NCBI GenBank assembly: GCA_051866635.1
Contig: JBJDXJ010000063.1
Span: 9,867 to 73,866, forward strand
Source of the DNA: Clostridia bacterium
Lineage (GTDB): Bacteria; Bacillota; Clostridia; UMGS1883
Direction of reading: 5' to 3'
DNA: 64,000 bases
Position 1 is the stretch's first letter, and each line of letters opens with the position of its first letter. The notes below the pieces were generated by a model. That model was not told where the DNA came from and made no database searches. It saw nothing but the letters and a program-made list of their open reading frames with translations. Positions 39,717-47,362 of the stretch are shown here, in pieces. The translations under genes and the position numbers were made by a program.

Positions 39717-40532
39717 TCATGGTTTAGTTTTCGTATTTTGTAACAATTCCTTTTTGACATCTTCCAAACTATTATAAGTTCCAACCTCTTTTAAATCACT
39801 ATCAACGACAGCCCAAACCGTTTTTGATACATAAGGCGGTCCATATATTGCCGCTATTCTTGATAATGTATTTTGGTCTAAACTTGACCTTACAATATCA
39901 TAGTGACTCTCTGCCCATAACGAACTCCAATTATAAACCATTTCAGAAGATTGCGTTGTATAATATATAGGTACTGCATTGTTTTCTTCAAAAAGAACAG
40001 TAACATCATTATTGGATTCTATGTTGGGAAAAATTTTCATAGTTGAATTGCTTATAATATTTTTGGCTTTTTCAGTTGATATAATTCCGTTTGTTCCTGT
40101 TATTTCACGCAAATATTCTTCTGCATATTCTTTGTTTTCAAGGGCATTTACACCATATTGTTCTATGTATTTTTTAAATATAGCAATACTTTTAATGTTT
40201 GTATCTTTGTCACTATTCCATATTTCCTGCTGGACAACATTAAGGGGTGTATATCCAAATATCGGAACGACAAGTTTTTTTGTTTCTGAATTTACAATAA
40301 CAAAACCATAACAATCATCGATGTTTACTAAAACTAATTTATTGTTATCGCTTCTATCTAAGCCTTGTGTATCATTTTTCAAATCAAGAATTGTCTCAAT
40401 TTTACTTGATTCAAACTCATAACCATTCTCGTTGAGTATTTCTCTCAATCTTCTGTCAGACAGGTTATTTCCGCAAGCAGATAAACAAATAACTGTTAAA
40501 ATTGCCGTCAGATACATTACAATTTTTTTCAT
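39717..40532 (-). CDS. Lipoprotein of unknown function
   Basis: MKKIVMYLTAILTVICLSAC lipobox with GGAGGG RBS. The track's upstream extension to 40607 is unlikely. Ends 2 bp after the TIR gene stop. Confidence 0.55.
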   Translation of the reverse strand: MKKIVMYLTAILTVICLSACGNNLSDRRLREILNENGYEFESSKIETILDLKNDTQGLDRSDNNKLVLVNIDDCYGFVIVNSETKKLVVPIFGYTPLNVVQQEIWNSDKDTNIKSIAIFKKYIEQYGVNALENKEYAEEYLREITGTNGIISTEKAKNIISNSTMKIFPNIESNNDVTVLFEENNAVPIYYTTQSSEMVYNWSSLWAESHYDIVRSSLDQNTLSRIAAIYGPPYVSKTVWAVVDSDLKEVGTYNSLEDVKKELLQNTKTKP

Positions 40533-40608
40533 TTCATTTTCCCTCCAATTTTCATACTTTGAAAAATATATCTGTGTGTATAACCGATTATTATCTTTAT
40601 AAATCAAA

Positions 40609-42402
40609 TTACTTCTTAGGCTTATACCTGTTAATTAAATCGGAAATATAACTTAGTGACTGCATATTCAAGGATAAATCTATAGATTTACAAACTTTTT
40701 TTACGTCCAATTCAGTTAATGCCATATTCGTAAGGTTCAATGTTGTATCTTTCGTAATAGCATTTAGAATTAGTTTGGTATTTTTATCCAATTCTCTATT
40801 TCCGCTTTCCTCTTCAGCCAATATCATTTTTGCTTTTTGCTTTGCTATAATTGTATTATACTCTGAATACAATAATATTACAGGCATAAGAAATTCTGCA
40901 ACTATGGCAAGAAAAAATAATAACAAAACAAACTGCGGTGTCCCATTACGCCTATTTGCTATAATATTCCAAGAAACAAACAAAACGGGAATACATATAG
41001 CTTCGGTAATTACAAATTTTTTTAGCATAGCTTTTTTTGCCATATCTTTCAAGGCAAAATAATCGTTTTCAAGTTTTGTAAATTTTTGATGTAATGCTAA
41101 TTCGGACTGTTCTTTTTTAGCCTTTTCCTCTTGCTCTTTTGCCAATTTTTCTTCGGCAATTTTTTTATATTTAGCCTGTGCCGTTTCGCAATAGTTAATC
41201 AAAACCGGCTTAAAATTATCATCAGCAAATCGTAACGCATTTTGATAACTCATTGATTTACTATAATCAACTGCTCTGTTTGCAAGGTTTTCCTCTTTGT
41301 TAACTTTAATTTCAATCATTAGTTTTCCAAGATATGCACGAGCATTTTCCGGCTCGTGGTTTAACACTTGCTCTAAAAGCTCATCGGCTTTTTGCCATTC
41401 CGCAGCTTCAATAAGTATAAATGCTCTTTTCAATAGAGGCTCGGATTGAAAAACTTCCGTTTTATTGACAACATTAACATTTGGTTGTGCCGTTTCCTTT
41501 TGCAGTACCTTTTTTATTCCTCTTATCAAATCCTGAACAAATCCGATTTTGCTCATATCCTGACTTTGAAACATTGAAATCTCGTCCGGTAAATCATATG
41601 CGTCCATATCACGATAGCAAGGAATAATCATTTTTGACTTGTCACGTTTTGCCAAATCCAAAAATCTTGCCCATTCATTTTTAACCCAAATTGCATTAAA
41701 ATATTCTTTGCTTGTACCGACAACGAGCATTACCTTTGCGGAATTTAGGGCAGAAAATATGTACGGCTCATATTCCGTTCCGAGTTTGTCCTCCAAGGTT
41801 ATTCTGCTGAAAAATACCTTGTAACCCTCGTTAGTAAGCTGATAGTAAATATCTTGTGCAAGAGTTGAGTCGATTGTTCGTTTACCGCTGTTATCCGTTT
41901 CTTTATAGCATATGAAAATGTCATAGGGAGCTTCTTTAGAGGCTATCGACAATATATTTTTTTGTATTGCGGAAATTGCTTCGGCTTCCTGCTTATATAA
42001 GCTTTGAGCCTGATAATCGTCCGAATATTCAACAGCGGCTTTATAGTCCAGATCAGACAATATAGATTCATTCTGCACTCTGTGGCAGGTAGGCACTCGT
42101 TTATGCGTTTTCGGGTCCTCAACATATTCGATACCATACCTTGAAAGAACACATCCCCAGTATGCTTCTGCATTCCTATTATCCTCTGTTAAAATGCTTT
42201 CATAAGCCGAAAGAGCCTTATCAAACTCGTTTTGCAGTCTGAAATGGTTTGCTCTGTCAAACAAATTCAGTATTCGTTCATCATTAACATTCGGCAGCGT
42301 CATTGTACTTCCGCAACTGTCGCATACACCGACTTTCTGATTTTCGGTAATCTCAATATTACCTCCGCACATTTTACATTTTAATATTGCCATCTTTACC
42401 AC
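40609..42402 (-). CDS. Zinc-ribbon / TPR-like / TIR-domain protein with C-terminal transmembrane helices
   Basis: N-terminal CKMCG..CDSCG ribbon. TIR motifs YDIFICYKETD (betaA), KVFFS, and AIWVKNEWARFL (alphaC W..E with candidate catalytic Glu). After a coiled-coil there are 2-3 hydrophobic helices (ICIPVLFVSWNIIA, VLLLFFLAIVAEFLMPVILL). Confidence 0.7.
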   Translation of the reverse strand: MVKMAILKCKMCGGNIEITENQKVGVCDSCGSTMTLPNVNDERILNLFDRANHFRLQNEFDKALSAYESILTEDNRNAEAYWGCVLSRYGIEYVEDPKTHKRVPTCHRVQNESILSDLDYKAAVEYSDDYQAQSLYKQEAEAISAIQKNILSIASKEAPYDIFICYKETDNSGKRTIDSTLAQDIYYQLTNEGYKVFFSRITLEDKLGTEYEPYIFSALNSAKVMLVVGTSKEYFNAIWVKNEWARFLDLAKRDKSKMIIPCYRDMDAYDLPDEISMFQSQDMSKIGFVQDLIRGIKKVLQKETAQPNVNVVNKTEVFQSEPLLKRAFILIEAAEWQKADELLEQVLNHEPENARAYLGKLMIEIKVNKEENLANRAVDYSKSMSYQNALRFADDNFKPVLINYCETAQAKYKKIAEEKLAKEQEEKAKKEQSELALHQKFTKLENDYFALKDMAKKAMLKKFVITEAICIPVLFVSWNIIANRRNGTPQFVLLLFFLAIVAEFLMPVILLYSEYNTIIAKQKAKMILAEEESGNRELDKNTKLILNAITKDTTLNLTNMALTELDVKKVCKSIDLSLNMQSLSYISDLINRYKPKK

Positions 42403-43439
42403 ATCCGGTCCTCATACGATGTATTTTCAATTCCTTGTTCTCTTAATTTTTTCACCATTTTATCAAGTTTTCCACGCCAGAATTTTTTAAACCAAATGGT
42501 ATTACCAAACCATTTTACAATTGTTGGGCTTATTGCATAATATGTTCTGATAAACGCTCTGCCATACCAAGTTTCAGCTAATATATAGTCACGATAACGG
42601 CGAAGCGTCCAAACCTCAGGACAGTCATAAGAGCCATATACACAGGTAGCAACATAACAGCCACCGCTACTGAACGTCAATCCTTGATATGACGGGTTGT
42701 ATTTCTTTATTTTGTCCACATATGAAAGAATTTCCTTCTTTGATTCTTCACTGGTAAATTTGTAATTAATGCGTATATCAATTCCTTTTTCCCACGCTTT
42801 TGCACACATTGTACCGACTTCGGGGTGTTCAATATATCGTTTTTCAAGTTGATCTCCCAACTCAAATAATAATAAATATAAAGCCTTGCAGTTTTCTACA
42901 AAATCAGACTCAACACCACGTGTATCTTTAAATCTTTGGTAGTGATTTTGAGCATTGATGTATAATAATTGGGCAAAGTCTTCTGTTTTTGTGTATACCT
43001 GCACAAATGCGTTTGATTCCTCTTCGGATGTCGTATAATTGTCTATAAGATCAAAAACACTATTCAAGCAATTGGATAATTTATATGCCGCAGATGATAT
43101 TTCTCCTATTTTACATTGAGCAACATGAAAGTAAGTTGTATAATATGCTGCTTCCCAGCTGTTTGGATCCTCAACCAAAATCATATCATAATATTTTTCA
43201 GCTTGTGCATCATCATTGTTATCTTTTGCACGTCTTGCTACAGTGTATAAATTATTTAATCTTTCTAATTTATCTGCCGAAAAATTTGTATCAAATTTTT
43301 TTGCTTTTGATTTAACACTAACATTTCCGTGTGATACGGCATGCTCGTCTTTAAAAACCTCGCCACATTGCCGGCATATATATACATTGCCGTCTTTATC
43401 CAACTCGCCACCACAGGATTTGCATTCTAAATATGACAT
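42396..43439 (-). CDS. Zinc-ribbon / TPR-like protein with conserved Cys-rich C-terminal module (paralogous N-terminus to the TIR protein)
   Basis: CKSCGG..CRQCG ribbon. YYDMILVEDPNSWEAAYY parallels AYESILTEDNRNAEAYWG of the TIR protein. C-terminal GGCYVATCVYGSYDCPEVWTLRRYRD. 7-bp overlap with the TIR gene start. Confidence 0.55.
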   Translation of the reverse strand: MSYLECKSCGGELDKDGNVYICRQCGEVFKDEHAVSHGNVSVKSKAKKFDTNFSADKLERLNNLYTVARRAKDNNDDAQAEKYYDMILVEDPNSWEAAYYTTYFHVAQCKIGEISSAAYKLSNCLNSVFDLIDNYTTSEEESNAFVQVYTKTEDFAQLLYINAQNHYQRFKDTRGVESDFVENCKALYLLLFELGDQLEKRYIEHPEVGTMCAKAWEKGIDIRINYKFTSEESKKEILSYVDKIKKYNPSYQGLTFSSGGCYVATCVYGSYDCPEVWTLRRYRDYILAETWYGRAFIRTYYAISPTIVKWFGNTIWFKKFWRGKLDKMVKKLREQGIENTSYEDRMW

Positions 43440-43503
43440 TTCAAAAATACTCTCCTTCTATGTATGATTTTTACTTAGTTTACTATTCCATAGATTTCCT
43501 AAC

Positions 43504-43944
43504 TTAATTTGAATATGTTGTCTTTAATTCAACCTTTTTGGTTTCTTCACAATTTGGGCAGTAAAAACCACCAGTAAAGCTACCGGGGGTGGTTACAGTA
43601 GTACTTGGTTCTGTATATCCGCAACTATCACATTTCTTTTTATAAACTACTTTGTTTTCATGATTATCTTCAATAATTATTGCATTAGAAATTGCAACTG
43701 TAGTACTGGATTGTTTATTTTCTTGTACTTGATTGTAATTTCCGTAATAATTATTTGTAGATGTTGAATTTGTACTTTTTTTATCAGTAGACTCATTCGG
43801 TGTTTCTACATAATTATCAACTGATTCGCTATATTGCTGATTTGAATCATCTGTGTTTTGATATGTTGAATCGCCTTGTGGTGTGCAAGCTGTTACACAA
43901 ATCATCGTAAAAATCACTAAAATGTAAGATATATGTTTTTGCAT
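43504..43944 (-). CDS. Lipoprotein with low-complexity linker and C-terminal zinc ribbon
   Basis: Lipobox ICVTAC, S/T/N-rich linker, CDSCG...CPNC. Confidence 0.5.
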   Translation of the reverse strand: MQKHISYILVIFTMICVTACTPQGDSTYQNTDDSNQQYSESVDNYVETPNESTDKKSTNSTSTNNYYGNYNQVQENKQSSTTVAISNAIIIEDNHENKVVYKKKCDSCGYTEPSTTVTTPGSFTGGFYCPNCEETKKVELKTTYSN

Positions 43945-43948
43945 TTAA

Positions 43949-44386
43949 TTACCTCCAATAATTTTCCTTTTCTTTTATAAATTCTTTATGTTTTTGTTCC
44001 GCCTTGCTGTCAACTTCATTGATATATTCACTGCCTGCCGTTATAGCGATTATTCTTATTATAAATACCGCTAAAACTGCAATATGTATTACAAGCGTCC
44101 ATAATACATACAAAGAAATCAAGCAAGCAATTACCGAAAAAAACACACTGATTATTGAATATATTACAGCTGTATAAACAAACGCATGACCTTGGGGGGT
44201 TTTTGTAGTTTCTCTCTTACCGAACACACAGAGGCTCAATGCTATACCTATTATTGCAATCAAGGTAAATATATACGAAACAATAAATGTGTCCGTAATT
44301 GGAACAACTATAAACAATAGAGATACAACTACCGCCATAATAATGGCTGATATAATAATTTTTGTGTTATTATTCATTTGTACCAC
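43949..44386 (-). CDS. Small polytopic membrane protein (4 TM)
   Basis: 145 aa, four hydrophobic helices. Overlaps the SPFH gene by 17 bp (translational coupling). Confidence 0.5.
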   Translation of the reverse strand: MVQMNNNTKIIISAIIMAVVVSLLFIVVPITDTFIVSYIFTLIAIIGIALSLCVFGKRETTKTPQGHAFVYTAVIYSIISVFFSVIACLISLYVLWTLVIHIAVLAVFIIRIIAITAGSEYINEVDSKAEQKHKEFIKEKENYWR

Positions 44387-45623
44387 CTTCTATTCTATAC
44401 CCACATTCTAAGCAGAATTTAGCACCATTAGGTACTTCCTTTCCGCAGTTGGAACAAATAAGTTGTAATTTACCGCCACACTCCATACAGAATTTACCTT
44501 TTGGTGTTTTGCTTCCGCATTGAGGACATATCATTTCATTGTCTGAAAGCTGTTCAATCTTCGTTCCGCACTCGAGACAGAATTTTGCATTTTCGGGTAA
44601 GGTATTACCGCACTTCGGACATATTGAAGTTGATTTTGATGTATTCATATTTACTGCATTTCCTATGCTGTCATTTACAACTCCGCCGACAGCACTGCCA
44701 ACGCTTGTCATGACTCCAAGCCCTATACCCAAGCCAGCCATATTTCCTCCGCCTTCATTTTTAGCAAAGCCTTCGGCAACATCAAAACCTCGTTCCTGTT
44801 GATATGTATAGCCTTCAATCTGACGTTTTGCAGCCATGCCTTCCGCTTCTAAAATCATTTTCTGCTTTTCGGTTTCTTGCTTAATAATATCAACATTTTG
44901 TTGCAATTTTGCTTCTGCAATATCTGCGTACTGTCTGAAATGCAAACTCTTAAATCGCTTATATGTACTGTCATCTTCGGGTTTTACAATGGTCGTTACA
45001 AAGAAATGCACCAACGAAACACCGTATTCCTCAAAATCAGGAATAAGTAATTTATGTAAGCTTTCCGAAATTTCATTAAGTTTTTCATCAATTTGAAAAA
45101 TGTTTATTCCGTTATTCCGGATATATGTTGACAAATACGTTTTGAACCTTATCATAAGAAAAGCTCTAAACTTTTGTGTCAAGCCTGCTTGTGTAAGTAC
45201 ATTTTCCGTGCCGACTATTTTTACCAAGAGTTTTTTTGCATCGGAAACTCTCAAACTCATTTCGCCGCTTGCACCTATTTGAAGCGGAAAATTGTATGTG
45301 GGTTCCATATATTCAATTTTACTGTCCGTCCCCCACCGAATGTTCATTTGCTCGGTTTTATTTATAAAGTATACCTCGCAATGAAATGGTGTTTTATCAT
45401 TAAAAGGCTTATTAAAAAACTTTCTGATAAGCGGAATATTTTGAGTTTCTAATGTATGTCTGCCTGCTTCAAAACTATCAAGAAGTTGTCCGTTCATGTA
45501 GAAAACCGCTTCTTGCGATTCGTGAACGATAAGTTGTGTTGTTGTATTAAAGTCTTCACAAGGGTGTTTCCATACAAAGGTTGAGTTATCACCCTCATAC
45601 TTAATTACATCTGCTATTTGCAC
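44370..45623 (-). CDS. SPFH/band-7-like domain protein with three tandem C-terminal double zinc ribbons
   Basis: N-terminal about 300 aa resemble the SPFH-domain family. C-terminus has three CP(K/Q)CG...C.ECG repeats. Confidence 0.55.
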   Translation of the reverse strand: MQIADVIKYEGDNSTFVWKHPCEDFNTTTQLIVHESQEAVFYMNGQLLDSFEAGRHTLETQNIPLIRKFFNKPFNDKTPFHCEVYFINKTEQMNIRWGTDSKIEYMEPTYNFPLQIGASGEMSLRVSDAKKLLVKIVGTENVLTQAGLTQKFRAFLMIRFKTYLSTYIRNNGINIFQIDEKLNEISESLHKLLIPDFEEYGVSLVHFFVTTIVKPEDDSTYKRFKSLHFRQYADIAEAKLQQNVDIIKQETEKQKMILEAEGMAAKRQIEGYTYQQERGFDVAEGFAKNEGGGNMAGLGIGLGVMTSVGSAVGGVVNDSIGNAVNMNTSKSTSICPKCGNTLPENAKFCLECGTKIEQLSDNEMICPQCGSKTPKGKFCMECGGKLQLICSNCGKEVPNGAKFCLECGYRIEGGTNE

Positions 45624-45756
45624 GCTATACTCATATCCTTTCCAGATCGTTTACTAAAAGTGTACTGTAAGAGAGCTCTTTATATTTGCAGTCTTGATAT
45701 ATTTTGCAATTGCTTTTGCTATTTTATTGAGTTAACATTTGGCTCATACGCATCTT

Positions 45757-45800
45757 CTTTAAATAGCTCATTTCACCTAAACAAATAGCTCATTTCACCT
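45757..45800. repeat. Perfect 22-bp tandem duplication (AAATAGCTCATTTCACCTAAAC x2) spanning the stop codon of gene 45773..46819
   Basis: Two identical adjacent 22-mers. The first copy encodes the last residues and TGA stop of the minus-strand gene. Confidence 0.8.
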
Positions 45801-46819
45801 AAACCGCTTTGCAATTTTATTCCCAATATACCTTCATCTTCATACATGTAAAAATAACTACCATTGTAGTAGAGTGAATAAGCATAAATACCATCTATTT
45901 CATCTATGTACTCCCATGTTCCGCCCCGAACAATTCTACCAAAATCATCAATCTCATCTAATAAATCTTTAACTTCCAAACTGTCCCGAAATGTACCATT
46001 ATAAGCATTATAAGACGGCATGCTGACAGACATATGTCCATCACCTTCAAATGTGTATTGAACACCGGTAGCTTTTTTCCATGTGCCGATAATTGCCACT
46101 TTGCTTTCAATACTTTTTGCGAGTTTTTTCGCTTCACTTTTTGTTTTTTCATCAGCATTAACATTCTTCTCTATGTCTTTAAGACATTCGTCCGCAAAAA
46201 TATATCCACCATCTTCTATAAATTTTTTTGCCGAATTAAGATTTTTTATTGCCATCTCTCGTTGAGCTTCTACAAAATCATCAACGTACTTACCATTCGG
46301 GTAGTAGTCCATGTACACATCATAAAATCTATTAATTTCATATTCATCATCATTACAATTCAACAATTCCGTATAGAGGTCTTCTTCTACATCTTCTTTT
46401 AATGCATTAATCTTTTTTATATATCGTTTTTTATTGGAATAGGTTTCACTAAATTCTTCAATATCTTCCAATGTATTACGGTAATCGTCATGTTCTTTTT
46501 TTACCGGATATTGATATTCATTGACAATTTCCTTATACAATTTAGCTTCAGGATTAGGAATTAAAATCATGAGAATTACAAAGGCTACCGAAATAACAGC
46601 TATAATAGGCAGGATTTTTTTCTTAAGCGGTTTGACATTTCTGGAATAATCTAATTCATAGGAACTTTCCTCTTGTTCTGTTACTTCTGCATTTACAGTT
46701 ATGGTTTCTTCCTTTTTTATGTTCTTCTCTTGCATTTTGTCATCCGATTCATCAGCCTGACATTTTTCACAAAAGCCATTCTCCATAAATTTTCCGCACT
46801 TAGGACAAATACTTGACAT
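45773..46819 (-). CDS. Zinc-ribbon / single-TM protein with extracytoplasmic domain of unknown function
   Basis: N-terminal CPKCG...CEKC, acidic linker, transmembrane helix (ILPIIAVISVAFVILMILI), about 250 aa external domain. Confidence 0.5.
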   Translation of the reverse strand: MSSICPKCGKFMENGFCEKCQADESDDKMQEKNIKKEETITVNAEVTEQEESSYELDYSRNVKPLKKKILPIIAVISVAFVILMILIPNPEAKLYKEIVNEYQYPVKKEHDDYRNTLEDIEEFSETYSNKKRYIKKINALKEDVEEDLYTELLNCNDDEYEINRFYDVYMDYYPNGKYVDDFVEAQREMAIKNLNSAKKFIEDGGYIFADECLKDIEKNVNADEKTKSEAKKLAKSIESKVAIIGTWKKATGVQYTFEGDGHMSVSMPSYNAYNGTFRDSLEVKDLLDEIDDFGRIVRGGTWEYIDEIDGIYAYSLYYNGSYFYMYEDEGILGIKLQSGLGEMSYLFR

Positions 46820-47103
46820 ATTAACATCTCCCTCTGATTATTTATTCTTTATTTATTTTTGCATCCGTCCGTTTTCATAAGAATTGTGCTTACAAGGACA
46901 CATGCGAAGCACCAAAGAAATACCGGCACATATCACCAAAACAGCAGTAATACTATCACACAAATTTGTCTTGGCAGTTTATTACATATTATCACACAAC
47001 CTAACAAATTGCAACTATTTTTTGATATAATTTTTAACTATATTTTTGAATGTTTATTTAATTGGCAAAATGGGATAGAATTATAGCAATAGGGGGTTAT
47101 GCT

Positions 47104-47277
47104 ATGGATTTTATTATAAAAAAGACTACAAGTTCCAACCGCACGGTCAGAATGCCTGACGAATTAATCGAAACTATCAGCACCATTGCCAACGAAAAGG
47201 GCATTTCCTTCAATCAGCTTGTTATTCAGTGCTGTGAATATGCGTTGGACCACCTTAAGGACGAGAAAACAGAATAA
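47104..47277 (+). CDS. Ribbon-helix-helix (CopG/Arc-like) DNA-binding protein
   Basis: RTVRMPDELIETISTIANEKGISFNQLV: beta-strand then two helices. GGGGG RBS. The track's 47062 start is probably an extension. Confidence 0.55.
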   Translation: MDFIIKKTTSSNRTVRMPDELIETISTIANEKGISFNQLVIQCCEYALDHLKDEKTE

Positions 47278-47304
47278 AACGTCTTTTTTGTTTTATTATA
47301 GTCA

Positions 47305-47362
47305 AAAGCACAGAAAAAGTCCCGGACAAATTGTCCAAGACTTTTCTGTGCTTTTTATTTTA
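47305..47362. terminator. Hairpin terminator between convergent RHH gene and Ser/Thr kinase gene
   Basis: AAAGCACAGAAAAAGTC...GACTTTTCTGTGCTTT stem followed by TTTTATTTT. Confidence 0.55.

Noticed and set aside
42396-46819. Assignment of the island to a named defence system (Thoeris, CBASS, Pycsar)
   Set aside because: No ThsA-type (SIR2/SLOG/Macro) gene, no CD-NTase or cyclase, and no SAVED/STING domain is recognisable. TIR alone is insufficient, so I leave it as an unclassified candidate.
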